A stretch of 64,000 nucleotides of DNA from Squalus acanthias. Lineage: Eukaryota. Position numbers and translations under genes: made by a program. Positions 38,594-52,166 of the stretch are shown here, piece after piece (positions within the stretch are counted from its first letter, which is position 1; every line of letters starts with the position of its first letter). The DNA lies in assembly GCA_030390025.1 (NCBI GenBank), contig CM059433.1:18788001-18852000 (forward strand), written 5' to 3'. Below the pieces are notes generated by a model, which did not search any database, had not been told where the DNA came from, and saw only the letters and a program-made list of their open reading frames with translations.

Positions 38594-41030
38594 ATAGAAA
38601 CATAGAAACATAGAAGATAGGAGCAGGAGTAGGCCATTCGGCCCCTCGAGCCTGCTCCGCCATTCGATGAGATCATGGCTGATCATCCAAACTCAGTACC
38701 CTGTACCTGCCTTCTCCCCATATCCCTTGATACCTTTAGCTTTAAGAAATATATCTAACTCATTCTTGAATATATTTAATGACTTGGCCTCAACTACCTT
38801 CTGTGGTAGAGAATTCCACAGGTTCACCACTCTCTGGGTGAAGAAATTCTTCCTCATTTCTGTCCTAAATGGCTTACCCGTTATCCTTAGATTATGACCC
38901 CTGGTTCTGGACTCTCCGACCATCGGGAACATTCTTCCTGCATCTAGTTTGTCCAGACCTGTCAGAATTTTATATGTTTCGATGAGATCCCCTCTCATTC
39001 TTCTATACTCCAGCGAGTATAAGCCCAATCGACCCAATCTCTCTTCATATGTCATTCCTGCCATCCCAGGTATCAGCCTTGTGAATCTTCGCTGAACTCC
39101 TTCCATGGCAAGAACATCCTTCTTCAGATAAGGCGACCAAAACTGCACACAGTACTCAAGGTGTGGTCTCACCAAGGCCCTGTACAACTGCAGCAGGACA
39201 TCCCTGTTTCTATACTCAAACCCTTTCGCTATGAAGGCCAACATACCATTTGCCTTCTTCACCGCCTGCTGCACCTGCATGCTTACTTTCAGCGACTGGT
39301 GCACAAGGACACCCAGGTCTCGTTGCACTTCCCCTTCTCCCAATCTATTGCCATTCAGATAATAGCCTGCCTTTCTGTTTTTGACACCAAAGTGGATAAC
39401 CTCGCATTTATCCACGTTATATTGCATCTGCCACGCTTCTGCCCACTCACCCAACCTGTCCAAATCATCCTGGAGTTTCTCGGTATTCTCCTCGCAGCAC
39501 ACACTCCCACCCAGCTTTGTGTCATCTGCAAACTTGGAGATATTACATTTAATTCCCTTATCTAGATCATTAATGTATATTGTGAATAGCTGGGGTCCAA
39601 GGACCGATCCCTGCGGTACCCCACTAGTCACTGCTTGCCACTCGGAAAAAGACCCATTAATTCCTACTCTCTGCTTTCTGTCCGCCAACCAGTTCTCTAT
39701 CCAAGTCAATACCTTGCCCCCAATCCCATGTGCCTTAACTTTACACGCTAATCTCTTATGCGGGGCCTTATCAAAAGCCTTTTGAAAGTCCAAATACACC
39801 ACATCTACTGGTTCTCCCTTATCTATTTTCCCAGTTACATCCTCAAAAAATTCCAGTAGATTAGTCAAGCACGATTTACCTTTTGTAAATCCATGTTGAC
39901 TTTGTCCGATCCTGTCACTGTTTTTCAAGTGCTCAGCTATTACATCCTTTATAATGGACTCTAGCATTTTCCCCACTGCCGATGTCAGGCATACCGGTCT
40001 GTAATTCCCCGCTTTCTCTCTACCACCCTTTTTGAATAGTGGGGTAACATTAGCTACCCTCCAATCCATGGGTACAGTTCCAGATTCCATCGAATGTTGG
40101 AAGATGATCAGCAATGCATCTACTGTTTCTAGGGCCACTTCCTTAAGTACCCTAGGATGTAGATTATCAGGCCCTGGGGATTTATCGGCCTTCAATCCCG
40201 TCAATTTCCCTAACACCATTTCCCTACAAATACTGATTTCTTTCAGTTCCTCCCTTTCATCAGACCGTATGTTCTCCAACATCTCTGGGAGGTTATTTGT
40301 GTCCTCCTTTGTGAAGACAGAACCAAAATATGCATTTAATTGGTCTGCCATTTCTTTGTTCCCCATTGTAACTTCCCCCGCTTCTGACTGCAAGGGACCT
40401 ACACTTGATTCACTATCTTTCTCTTCACATATCTATAAAAGCTCTTACAGTCAGTTTTTATGTTCCCAGCAAGCTTACTTTCATATTCTATTTTCCCCTT
40501 CCTAATTAATCCTTTGTTGAATCCTAAACTGCTCCCAATCCTCAGGGTTACCGCTTTTTCTGGCCAATTTACATGCCCTCTCCTTGAATCTTATGCTATC
40601 CCTAATTTCCCTTGTTAGCCACGGTTGAGTCACCCTTTTTGTTTTATTCTTATGCCACACTGGATGAACAAATTCTGTAGTTCATCCATGCAGTCTTTGA
40701 ATGTTTGCCATTGCCTATCCACCGTCAACCCCTTGAGTGACATTCCCCAATCAATCCTACCCAATTCGCGCCTCATACCATCGTAGTTTCCTTTATTTAA
40801 ATTCAGGACCCTAGTCTCTGATTCAACTACTTCACTCTCCATCCTAATGAAGAATTCTATCATATTATGATCACTCTGACCCAAGGGGCCTCGTACAACA
40901 AGATTGCTAATTAATCCTTTCTCGTTACATAATACCCAGTCTAAGATGGCCTGATCTCTGGTTGGTTCCTCGACATGTTGTTCCAGAAAACCATCCCGTA
41001 AACATTCAAGGAATTCCTCCTCCACAGTAT
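38594..41030 (-). mobile_element. CR1 ORF2 (partial EN + RT, 566-codon open segment), same subfamily as 3420-6653
   Basis: Translation nearly identical to the 4.8-6.5 kb copy; tail (tagaaaca)n. Confidence 0.97.
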
Positions 41031-41727
41031 TTTTACTAATTTTACTAATCAAGCTGCAAGACTGATCATTCAAAAAGAGGTTGATTCTCTCAAACATTTG
41101 AAGAATGAAATCTTGCCGGGGACAGCAGTTATGACTGAGACGAGTGTGACTTTGAGTAAGATGACAATATAACATGAGGCATTACATGAAAAGGGGTTGA
41201 GGCCAGGGCATGGAAGGTGGTAATTTCCTCATATCAAGAATTCCATTTTTAGAACATATTGAGAATATCAGGGCAACAGAGTATGAATTTACTGGTGATA
41301 GTCTCCTGATAAGGTGGAGACCTGGTGTACAGCCAATGACTGCTAGGAAGCGAGCAGTTCTGTTCAACATTTAAAATTATTTATATCAGAGAAATCCCCT
41401 TGAATGCTCAGGGGAATTGATAACCCAATTAGGAGAAAGCAAATCCTTACCATTCTTATTGCTCTCCCTCAGAAAACCAACTTGTCTCCACAGTATTGCA
41501 CAGAGCACACATAACATGCCTATGCATTTATACACTGACTTATGTTCATCGGAAATTTGGTGCAGATTAATCAATTATTTTAGAAGGATTCAGGCAATAG
41601 TCCCCTTATAAAAATAAACATTTTCATAGAAGTGATATGGAAGGGAAAGGAAGAAGAGATTTAGAGTAGAAACAATCACCCCAGGCTTAAGTTGGTATCT
41701 TTCATTACTTCTTACTCCTCCACTGCA

Positions 41728-42040
41728 CATAGAAACATAGAAAAATAGGAGCAGGAGTAGGCCATTCGGATATGATCATGGCTGATCCTCTATCTCAATA
41801 CCATATTCCCGCTCTCTCCCCATACCCCTTGATGCCTTTTGTATCTAGAAATCTATCTATCTCCTTCTTAAATATATTCAGTGACTTGGCCTCCACAGCC
41901 TTCTGTGGTAGAGAATTCCATAGGTTCACCACCCTCTGAGTGAAGAAATTTCTCCTCATCTCAGTCCTAAATGTCCTACCCCATATCCTGAGAGTGTGAC
42001 CCCTCGTTCTCGACCCCCCAGCCAGGGGAAACATCCTCTC
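41728..42040 (-). mobile_element. CR1 3' fragment
   Basis: SRTRGH..FRTEMRRNFFTQRVVNLWNSLP. Confidence 0.9.
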
Positions 42041-42267
42041 TGCACACCACCACATCAGTTTCAAGAGTGGCTTTATTGATTAAATCAGGTATAATATATG
42101 AACCAAAGCTGCCTTTCTATTCATTACTGATTATTTTTGTTATTTTCTGCCACATTTACCATTCCCTATTCCTGCTCCAAGATTTCACTGATGCCTTTGT
42201 ATAGTTTGATATTAAGTGGTGTGAGAATGATATGGGTGTACTTGCTTTCCAATATTCGCATTAGTTC

Positions 42268-42899
42268 TTGTCTCCGCCCCTGCCTCAGCTCAACTGCTGC
42301 TGAAACCCTCATCCATGCCTTTGTTACCTCTAGACTCGACTATTCCAATGCTCTCCTGGCCGGCCTCCCACTTTGTGCCCTCCGTAAACTGAGGCCATCC
42401 AAATCTCTGCTGTCTGTATCCTAACTCACACCAAGTCCCATCACCCATAACCCCTGTGCTCGCTGACCTACATTGGCTCCTGGTCAGGCAACACCTTGGT
42501 TTTAAAATCCTCATCTTTGTTTTCAAATCCCTCCATGGCCTCACCCCTCCCTATCTCTGTTAACTCCTCCAGCCCTACAACCATCCAAGATCCCTGCACA
42601 CCTCCAATTCTGGCTTCTTGCACATCCCTGATTTTCTTTGCTCCACCATTGGTGGCCGTGCCTTCAGCTGCCTGGGCCCTAAGCTCTGGAATTCCCTCCC
42701 TAAACCTCTTCATCTCTCGACCTCTGTCTCCTCCTTTAAGGCACGCCTTAAAACCTACCTCTTTGACCAAGCTTTTGGTCACTTGCCCTAATATCTGCTT
42801 ATGTGGCTCAGTGTCAAATTTTGGTTTGATAATATTCCTGTGAAGCACCTTGGATCATTTTACTATGTTAAAGGCACTATATAAATGCAAATTGTTGTT
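42268..42899 (+). mobile_element. L2-clade LINE 3' fragment
   Basis: ETLIHAFVTSRLDYSNALLAGLP, LHWL, KLWNSLP, LKTYLF-like motifs; (TTG)n tail. Confidence 0.9.
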
Positions 42900-43120
42900 A
42901 AGATTGAGAATTTACCAGGTGTAGAATTGTGACGGGAGCCCAAGTTCTACTGGTCTGTGGCATAACACATACGCTAAAATGTGGAGCGGATTTTCCTCCA
43001 CAATTGGGCACGATCATGGCGGAAACGTTGGGAAAATGGGTGGTGAAGCTACAGCAAAATCCTGGCACTACCTTGATTCTCCATTCCCCGCCACAGCTGG
43101 AACTGCCACTTTCCTGCTGA

Positions 43121-43484
43121 CTGCTCTACTCGGAGCTCCGACACAGCAAGAGAGCCACAGGTGGGCAGAGGAAACGTTTCAAGGACACCCTCAAAGCCTC
43201 CTTGAAAAAGTGCAACATCCCCACCGACACCTGGGAATCCCTGGCCCAAGACTGCACAAAGTGGAGGAGAAGCATCCGGGAAGGCGCCGAACACCTCGTG
43301 TCTCTTCGCCGGGAGCAAGCGGAAGCCAAGCGCAAGCAGCGCAAGGAGCGCACGTCAACCCAAGCACCCCACCCACCCGCTCCTTCAACCACTGTCTGCC
43401 CCACCTGATCAGTCACCTGAGAACTCATTTTTAATGTGGAAGCAAGTCATCCTCGGTTCCGAGGGACTGCCTAAGAAGAAGAAG
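43121..43484 (+). mobile_element. RTE-clade LINE 3' fragment
   Basis: Near-identical to 36820-37217; (AAG)n tail. Confidence 0.92.
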
Positions 43485-44294
43485 GATGTAGATGTCAATG
43501 GGAGACAACTGAAGAGGTCACGAATATACAAACCAACCACAAGGAAGGCAGGTGGAAAAGCTGCCAATTAGAAACTGCTTATCACTTACAGAAGCCACTA
43601 ATCCAGCATAAACAATCAGCAAACTTGTCAATAAAAAAGGAAAGATGGACCAATCAAATCGCTCCAAATTATTGTTTGACAATCTTTCATCTCTATCAAT
43701 CAGCTCAGATGAGTTACAAAAATATTGGTTTCTAACATAAAGAAAAAATAATTCTCAGTTATACCATTAAACATATTGGTTTAAACGGTTGATTTTTGAG
43801 TATTTAAAACGTCTTCAGAAATATTTTTGTTCAGAGGCCTCTTTGCTGTGTTAGTAGACTGGGACTTGAGTTTTGTTGCTTATACCTGCCTTTCTAATGC
43901 TTCCCAATCTGTACGGAACCATACTGTACTGGACAGGGAGAGCAAGGTTAAAAACAAAAAGTTCTTGTTAACCCTATGAATAATCAATCTTGCTGTGCCT
44001 TAAAGATTTTCTGACTGGGAGAACAATATGGGGGTGAATTTCTGAGGGGGTTCCCCTGGTTGTCGGTGTAACTGTGGCGGAAGAGCTGCAGAAACCCAGG
44101 AAAACCACTGTACGAGTGGAAAGTCGACCCCTATATTTTTCTCAGATATCGCTGTCTGATTAGAAATCAGATCGCACGCCTAGGATGATGCACGTGTGCT
44201 TGAGCTGCCATATGAGTGTATTTGAAGGTGCTCTTTGCCCTGGTAATGCCAAAGACCTACTAGCAAGTTTGTCCTGTTGTGAAATAGCATGGCC

Positions 44295-44790
44295 GATTTG
44301 AATGTATTCATCAGCATGTCAAAAAGTGGATCTATGACCTGAGTAAGGCAATGCTGAATAGCAAACTGATTGATCCTTGGCAAATCTCCTGCCATTACTT
44401 GCATAGAGCTTGCAGCAAAAACATAAGTTGCGTACCGTCCTTACTTTGACTGCTGCTGGCAGTGCGGTGCTGATGCTGCTCCTGGTTTGCAGGTCTGGTT
44501 CCACGAGATGGCACAATTCATGGCTTCCTTGGCAACATGGTCTCATAGAAACATAGAAGATAGGAGCAGGAGTAGGCCATTCGGCCCCTCGAGCCTGTTC
44601 CGCCATTTAATGAGATCGTGGCTGATCATCCAAATTCAGTACCCTGTCCCTGCTTTCTCCCCATATCCCTTGATCCCTTGATCTCCTCACACATTGCTCC
44701 TCTATGAAGTTGAGGTAACTGTCACCAGCAGTAGACATACTGCCTTGGATAGTAGTGGATCCTGGTGGTCCTCTTCATATGTCCTCAGAC
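44295..44790 (-). pseudogene. Decayed PIF/Harbinger (HARBI1-like) transposase N-terminal region, split by a CR1 tail (44545-44680)
   Basis: Frameshifted peptides YPRQYVY..SYLNFIEEQCVRR / KEA..ELCHLVEPDLQTRSSISTALPAAVKV / AGDLPRINQFAIQHCLTQVIDPLF resemble the Harbinger HTH region. Confidence 0.75.
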
Positions 44791-44864
44791 TCCCCTGGTC
44801 TGGTCTGCTACTTGCCCTCTTCCTTTATTTAACATATCCAAAAGAGTGAAACTTGCAGATGCTA

Positions 44865-45528
44865 GAGTTGTATAAATCTCTGGTGCGACTCCATCTGGAG
44901 CACTGCGCTCAGTTCTGGGCACCACACCTCAGGAAGGATATATTGGCCTTGGAGGATGTACGGCGCAGATTCACCAGAATGATAACGGGCTAAAAAGGTT
45001 AAATTATGAGGACAGGTTGCATAGACTAGGCTTGTATTCCCTTGAGGATAGAAGATTAAGGGGTAATCGAATTGAGGTGTTTACGATGATTAACGGATTT
45101 AATACCGTAGATAGAAAGAAACGATTTCCTCTGGAGGGGAGTCCAGAACAAGGGGGCATAACCTTAAAATTAGAGCAGGGCCATTCAGTGGTGATGTCAG
45201 AAATCACTTCTTCACACAAAGGCTAGTGGAAATCTGGAACTCTTTCCCCCAAAATACTGTTGAGGCTAGGTCAATTGAACATTAAAAAAAACTGAGATTG
45301 ATAGATTTTTGTTCAGTATCATGCAGCCATGATCATATTGAATGGCGGAGCAGGCTCAAAGGGCCGAATGGCCTACTCCTGCTCCTATGTTTCTATGTAA
45401 GGGTATTAAGTGTTAAGAAAGCAAGGTGGGTAGATGGAGTTAAGATACAGATTCGTCATAATCTGATTAATTGGTGGAACAGGCTCAAGGGGCTGAATGG
45501 CCTACTCCTGTTCCTATGTTCCTATGTT
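44865..45528 (+). mobile_element. CR1 3' fragment with nested second CR1 tail (about 45322-45397)
   Basis: LEHCAQFWAP..RKD and RRLRG motifs; two successive ggcctactcctg hairpin tails. Confidence 0.85.
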
Positions 45529-46238
45529 CAGGTCTATATTGTACTGTCATAAACTTTCTCTGACTACTTGAGGGTAATGAAAAGCTATCAGCGAAACATT
45601 AAACATGATTGAACACGTTCACTTTCAGGCACATTTTCTCACTGGACTCAGAAATTAATTGAGTAAAACTCCAGGACTATTCAACTATGACTAGTAGCAT
45701 TCGACAGAAGCTTCAATGATTTCAACATGACTTGAACTATAATATCCCTCAGACTATTCGATCTTCTATATCAATATCTCTCCATATAACCTTCAATTTT
45801 ATTCTTAGTATGACACTGATCCAGCTTCTTTTAACAGGAGTTAATTGACATAATACTTTTGCTGGGATTCTATGCCACATACCTTTAGCTCAGTAGAAAA
45901 AAATAATTCTTTAATAAATCTTGTCTTAATTGCGCACTCGTATTCCTTGGTTCTGGAATCACAGTTTAAGTTAAGAGATCTGCTTACACCTATATCATCG
46001 AACCTTTTCAGCATTTGAAAGACATTAATTATTGCCTGTGACAAAAAAACAAATTATCCTGGAGAGGGATGGTGACCCCAGACTCCTGTTCTCCATGATT
46101 AACCATCTGCGAAAACCCTCTCTCCTGCCCCATCCACCCTCACCTCCAATACCGAATGCCAGGAGCTCAGGGATTCCTTTGCCTCTTAAGACTGACATCA
46201 GCCACACAGCCAGCTCTGCTAGTCCTTGCCCTTCCAGT

Positions 46239-46660
46239 GTCAGCTGTGGCTCAGTTGGTAGCACCCTCACCTCTAAGTCATGAAGGTTTTGGGTTCAAGT
46301 CCCGAGCACAATAAATCTAGGCTGATGCTCCAGTGCAGTACTGAGGGAGTGCTGCACTGTCGTGGGTGCCATCTTTTGAATGAGACGTTAAACGTCTGCC
46401 CTCTCAGGTGGACGTAAAAGATCCTATGGCACTATTTTGAAGAAGACCCTGGTGTCCTGGCCAATATTTGTCTCTCAACATCACTAAAACAGATTATCTG
46501 GTCATTATCACATTGTTGTTTGTGGGAGCTTGCTGTGCGCAAATTGGCTGCTGCGTTTCCTACAGTACAAAAGTGACGACTCTTCAAAAAGTACTTAATT
46601 GGCTGTAAAACACTTTGGGACGTCCGGGACCTTCAGGTGTTTTATACATTAAATGCTTGA
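46239..46660 (+). mobile_element. Deu-domain tRNA-derived SINE (SacSINE1/AmnSINE1-like)
   Basis: tggctcagttgg A box, ggttcaagtcc B box, Deu-like core cagtgcagtactgagggagtgctgcactg...gatcctatggcactatt...gcaaattggctg. Confidence 0.85.
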
Positions 46661-46692
46661 CATAAATGTGTGTTGTTATCATTGCTATTAAT

Positions 46693-47216
46693 GGCCCTGA
46701 AATTCCTGCACCCAGGGAGGGCAATGTAGTAACACACTGGCAGCCAAGGGGTCCCGAATTTGGGGTGCCCACCGCCGACCTAAATGAGGGTACTTTCAGG
46801 GGTGGGTCCACAATATGCCAGGCATCATACAACGTATTCCCCTCACTTACACCCCTAGCACTGCTGGGCTCCGTGGTTGCCTGAGAATCCCGAGTGTCCA
46901 ACATTGCCAGGGCCATGGTGGGAGGGGGAGGGGGGGAAGTTTGCTCATTAAAAGGCTGGTTTTTGGATAAACAGCAGAAGAAGGAAATAGACGGTTCCAT
47001 GAAACATTTCATAACATTACCAGAGCCTGTGAACCGGCTGACACTGTAGCAAGATGCCGCAGTGAACCCAACTCAGGCACACTTAAATGACCCTCGACCC
47101 TGGGATTTCGGACAGGGCCAGAGACATGAGTAGTGGGTGGGTGGAAGTGCCAGTGTGCCATAGATTCAACCACATCTCCCGCCCCCCCCAAAGGTCTCCC
47201 CAAGAATTTCAGGACC
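46693..47216. mobile_element. 524-bp MITE, 3-bp TSD AAT
   Basis: TIR ggccctgaaattc / gaatttcaggacc (12/13); AAT at 46690-92 and 47217-19. Confidence 0.8.
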
Positions 47217-48431
47217 AATATCTGCATAACTCTCAATCCCCCTTCTCAATAGAGGGAGCTCGAGGTCACAGAATCATAGAATAGTAGAGCACAGAAGGAG
47301 GCCATTCGGCCCATCGAGTCTGCGCGGCTCTTTCGAAGAGCAATCCAGTTAGTCCCACTCCCCCGCTCTTTCCCCATATCCCTGCAATTTTTTCCTCATT
47401 CCAGTATTTATCGAGATTATTATGTATTGCATATTATTTAAATTATTATTATTTAATTTATTAATTTAATTAATCAAAATTAAATTATCAAGATGGGCAG
47501 AAATGTTGAACATTCTATAGCTTCCACAGCTAAACCAGGATCCTTACCCTGGACAGGAATCTTCTCTTCCTTTGGGATCACAGTAGCTTGCTGTTGTCCT
47601 TGAGGACTTTATAGTGGAAGAATAATCTGGTTGTAAGGAAAAGGGTTTTGCTTTTATTGGTATTGGGCTAAGAGTAAGCTAAAGGATCGCATCACCAAAA
47701 GACTTTAGTGGAACACAAGAAAGCTGTTTTCATTTCCGTTGATTTCAGTGATGTTGATAATCGGGAGGGTTCTATAAGGAGAGGGTGATCTACTCTGCCG
47801 CTATACCGCACAAGCTGAAGGTGAAAAATACCCCCATTCAATCAGCGAAGTCACCAGTCTGTGTACCATAAGGTGGGATGTTGTGGAAAACTTTTCTTCT
47901 GCCCATTTTGGACTTTCTCCTTTAGTAAATCTATGCCCTGGATTGCACATCCCTTTGCAAAAAAAAACCTCTGCTTTTATGAATGCTATGTTGCAATTCA
48001 TTAGCGTGCTTTTGATGGTGCTCAACGCTCAAAATGTCTTGGAAATTATATTGCCTTTTATGGCAGTAATGTTTCCACTGTAACAATGCCCTTCGATCTT
48101 GGGACTTTTAGTTATAGTGACTGAAAATGTTACGAATTGTTTCACAAATACAAAGCTAAAGTGGAGGGATTTGCTGTTTATCTGCAATGGGCACCATTTT
48201 CATCTGTTTATTTCCAGTGCAAAGTGGGTTGTTTAGGATATCTCCTGGCCCCACATAAGTCTTTTCATAAAACAAAAACATTTACCTTTTCCGGAGTTGC
48301 CTGCAACGATCTCTTTAAGGGCCGCTGGGTTAGGCTGGTCCCAATGCGTGGAGCGTGTACAGTGCACATTCCATCCATTGGTACCTCAAAATTGGGCCAG
48401 GGTCCTATGCACGAAAGAGGGCCTCAATTAT

Positions 48432-48946
48432 CATATCTGAGGAAGGATGTTCTTGCCATGGAAGGAGTTCAGCGAAGATTCACAAGACTGATACCTGGGA
48501 TGGCAGGAATGACATATGAGGAGAGATTGGGTCGATTGGGCTTAGAAGAATGAGAGGGGATCTCATCGAAACATATAAAATTCTGACAGGTCTGGACAAA
48601 CTAGATGCAGGAAGAATGTTCTCGATGGTCGGAGAGTCCAGAACCAGGGGTCATAATCTAAGGATAAAGGGTAAGCCATTTAGGACAGAAATGAGGAAGA
48701 ATTTCTTCACCCAGAGAGTGGTGAACCTGTGGAATTCTCTACCACAGAAGGTAGTTGATGCCAAGTCATTAAATATATTCAAGAATGAGTTAGATATATT
48801 TCTTAAAGCTAAAGGTATCAAGGGATATGGGGAGAAGGCAGGTACAGGGTACTGAGTTTGGATGATCAGCCATGATCTCATCGAATGGCGGAGCAGGCTC
48901 GAGGGGCCGAATGGCCTACTCCTGCTCCTATCTTCTATGTTTCTAT
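48432..48946 (+). mobile_element. CR1 3' fragment with small internal deletion at about 48544
   Basis: YLRKDVLAMEGVQRRFTRLIPG...GYGEKAGTGY*. Confidence 0.93.
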
Positions 48947-49116
48947 ATAGAATTAGGCTCCCATTTGAACTGGCGGGCACCTCAGATGCCCATGTGGAGG
49001 CTCTCGGGAAACTGGCAATGGGTATGAATGGAGCGGGAATGGAGCAGTAAATGTATCCCCGCCCCGTTCTCGCTGGATGGGAAAGTTAAAATTAACCCCA
49101 ATATGTTTGGCACTTA

Positions 49117-49630
49117 GGGGGAAAAATTCAGCTGCTTGCGCCTCCCGTTAGCGCCTTAAGAGGGCGCTAATGGGGCGTAAAGCAGCTAACGCCCAGGCGC
49201 AGCGCCGCCCACGCCTCCCGTAAAATTCAGAGGGAGGTTAGCGGCGGCGCCAGCCGGTAGCGCCCTGTGGCGCTGCGCCGCCGGCGATGACGTCATCGCC
49301 GTGCGCAGCACCCCGCTCGCGCTCCAGCCGCGATCTTCAGTCGCGCCCCCTGATTTACCGCCAGACGCTATGTCCGACGGGTTCAGGGAGGCGTACGTGC
49401 GGCCGGGGCGGCGATATTTAAAGGGGAGGTGGCAGGCGGCCATTTTTGTTGCTGGCCGCCTGCCAGCATCTGCCCCCGTTGCTGTCCCCGGCCCCCGTGA
49501 AGCCCCCCCACCGTGAAGTGCCGGCTGCGCTCCAAGAGCCCGGCACTTCTCTTGAGTGCCGGGCTCTTTTGCCGGCACTCCCGATCCCTGGTGGCCCAGC
49601 TGGGCCCCGGTTCGCGCTGCGCAGGGTCCC
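49117..49630 (+). mobile_element. GC-rich MITE, right end lost (family of 28243-28960)
   Basis: Shared ggg..aaattc.gct start, gttagcg..gggcgctaatgggg and atttaaaggggagg. Confidence 0.7.
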
Positions 49631-51802
49631 TGTCCTCTGATGTCTCCTAGCCAGCCACTCAGTTGTCATGGCAACTAGGAATGGGGCTCTAAAGGCAACC
49701 TTTGCAGTGTCATCCATATCATGAGAACAAATAAAAAAACAAACTGCATTTATTAAGTTAGATGAATGGTGCTCATGCACTGTGTTAGAGAGGAAATGGA
49801 GGGCTTTGATAGCCAGCAATATCAAAATTCATTTAAAGTTGTTATGAAGAAAAACATTCATTCTAGCACCAAGTAAGAAAATAAAACACAGCACCATTTT
49901 CCTCATATTTTCTGCAAAGAAAGCAGTAAGGTATCAAAGCCAAGAATTTCTGCTGGACAATATTTACTCCTTGACTTCTGAATGATGTTGACCTGGTAAC
50001 AATGGTTGCCAGTAGGAGAAATTATTTTCCCAGTGGTAATAGCCAATTATCGCGGCAAGTAGGGGCAAAAGAGGATATTTGGGAGTTGGAGCAGCTAAAG
50101 TACTCTAAAGTTTTCCACTTTTTCAAATGTTAGTATTGGTAAGATCATCCAGAGTTTGGCCTCAATGGATTTTTTTTTAAGTACACCTTTTTCTCTTAGA
50201 CATGGCTGGAGTCTGTCTTTTGTCTTCATCTTGGGGGCTGGTTTTCCTGTTCCTGTGCTCGGGCCTATTTGGATCACTTGGTCGCAGAGGCATAAAGGAA
50301 AATTGGGTGAGAACCGTATGCCCCTAAGAGGTCCTACCTGATTGTTCACCACTTTCAGTTAACGGGTGAAAATTGGGCGGGTTCCCTTATGGGCGTGCTA
50401 TCCTTTTCCTCTATGCACTGCGCCCAGGAGATTCAATACACTCAGGTACAGGAAAGCCTGCCTCCATGTGTTCAAGTACTGCAGCAAAGAAACTCCCTCT
50501 CTAACCTGGCTACCATTTGGCTGCTTGGCTGGCCTAAGCCTGGCAGAAGGCTCTGTGGTCATTTGCCTATTTTAATTTTTCTGGTTATCGCTGTGACAGA
50601 AGTGAAATGTTTTTCTGTCTTGATTTTGCGTGGCAACGTTCCTTTAGCCCTCAAGCTACTCGCAAGATCTATAAGGAGTTAAGATTCACCTATAAACACT
50701 GGCATGGACCAGTTGGGCCGAATGCTCTGTTTCTGTGCTGCACATTCTATGTAAAATACAGATACTGAAGTCTCTAGAGCAAGAAGAGCAAGAAGGATCC
50801 AAAAGCATAACAGCCCCCTGTAATAGAAAATAACCCTCACAGTATTTGATGGTTTTACTGCTGGCAGTAATCCATTACCCATAACTCAGAGACAAATCCA
50901 TTCCCAAGAGGCTGGAGAGAACATCCTCCACCATCTTTTTTTATTAAGACGTGTGTTTAAATTAAATAAAGTACATATTCGAACTAACTGCATAAATATA
51001 ACGTGTATCCCTCTTTACAAAATTTAAGGGGCCAACATGTATCAATTATGCACTCAGTCGATATAAAATTAGCTATTTACAGTTGTGTTTAAACGTCCTT
51101 TTTTTCTGCACCCAGCTCGCACTTTGAAAGAATTGCGGCTTCCAGCTGTATGTCCGAAAATACTAGTTTTATATTATTTGATATTTCAGCCATCAGTAAA
51201 ATAGAAGAATCTGCTTGTGGCAAAATGTGAACTTGGGTGGCAAAGATATCGACCAGCTTTCAGTAGCAGACCTGAAAATGCCACCACAAATGATTACAGA
51301 TTACAATCATTCTGTCACTTAATCTCATACAAATAGCATTATGGTCCCAACAGATTTGACTTTGCCTGCTTGTTGGCTCCACTTTGCTTCGAACCTATTT
51401 CAGCTGTGTCGACTCTCGGCCTTATGTAGCCTGACTGCTAGTCAATCTATGGCTTTTCTCCATAGCATCTCCTCATATTAGCCCTCACCCAGGCTGACTT
51501 AGCTCTCTGGCTGCAGCAGTAACCACTGCCTGGCTGGATCTCTCCTTAGGGCAAAGCAAGGTCGTAATTACAGAGCGTTATGTTGCTGTGGAAGCCATAG
51601 TGCCGCTAATGTCCCTCCGGCGCTGGTGAGATGTGTGGCCTTCAATTGGTCCAGTTTCAGTCACTGGTTCAGAGCTGGCCTACAGCTCATCCCAAAGGAA
51701 GGGAGAGATTAGGTAGTCTTTTATTATGCAGAGGGTTGTTAGAACATGAAATGCTCTACTAGAAAGAATGATGGAGGCAGAATCCATAACAGCTTTGAAA
51801 AG

Positions 51803-52166
51803 TAAAAGTAAAAAGTAAAAGTAAAAAGTAAAAAGTAAAATAAGTAAAAAGCTTAACCATACAGACTGCAGCATTTGACACGTTGGACCCCCTGTGACCC
51901 CACCTCATTGTCTTAGCTGTATTTTGCTGTGTCTTTGATGTAATGCCTCCCTGACTGACCTGATGGTCTCTCTGCCGAGGTGTGATGGAGGGCAGTCAGT
52001 AAGATTTACTGTAGTCGTCTGACATTGTACGCTACACATTGTTCTCTGTCTGTATATGCTTTGCTGATTTGTATTCCTTCACTTTACCTGAGGAAAGAGC
52101 AGCGCTCCGAAAGCTCGTGATTTCAAATAAAACTGTTGGACTATAACCTGGTGTTGTGCGACTTCT
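51803..52166 (+). mobile_element. Penelope 3'/pLTR fragment inserted in a CR1 tail, with (AAAAGT)n at its 5' junction
   Basis: TSD CAGCTTTGAAAAG (51790-802, 52167-79); hammerhead motif 52084-52120. Confidence 0.88.

Noticed and set aside
46245..46305. tRNA gene
   Set aside because: A/B boxes belong to a SINE head followed by the Deu-like domain; no full cloverleaf.
49117..49630. CpG-island promoter (also 28243-28960)
   Set aside because: GC richness is explained by a repeated MITE family.
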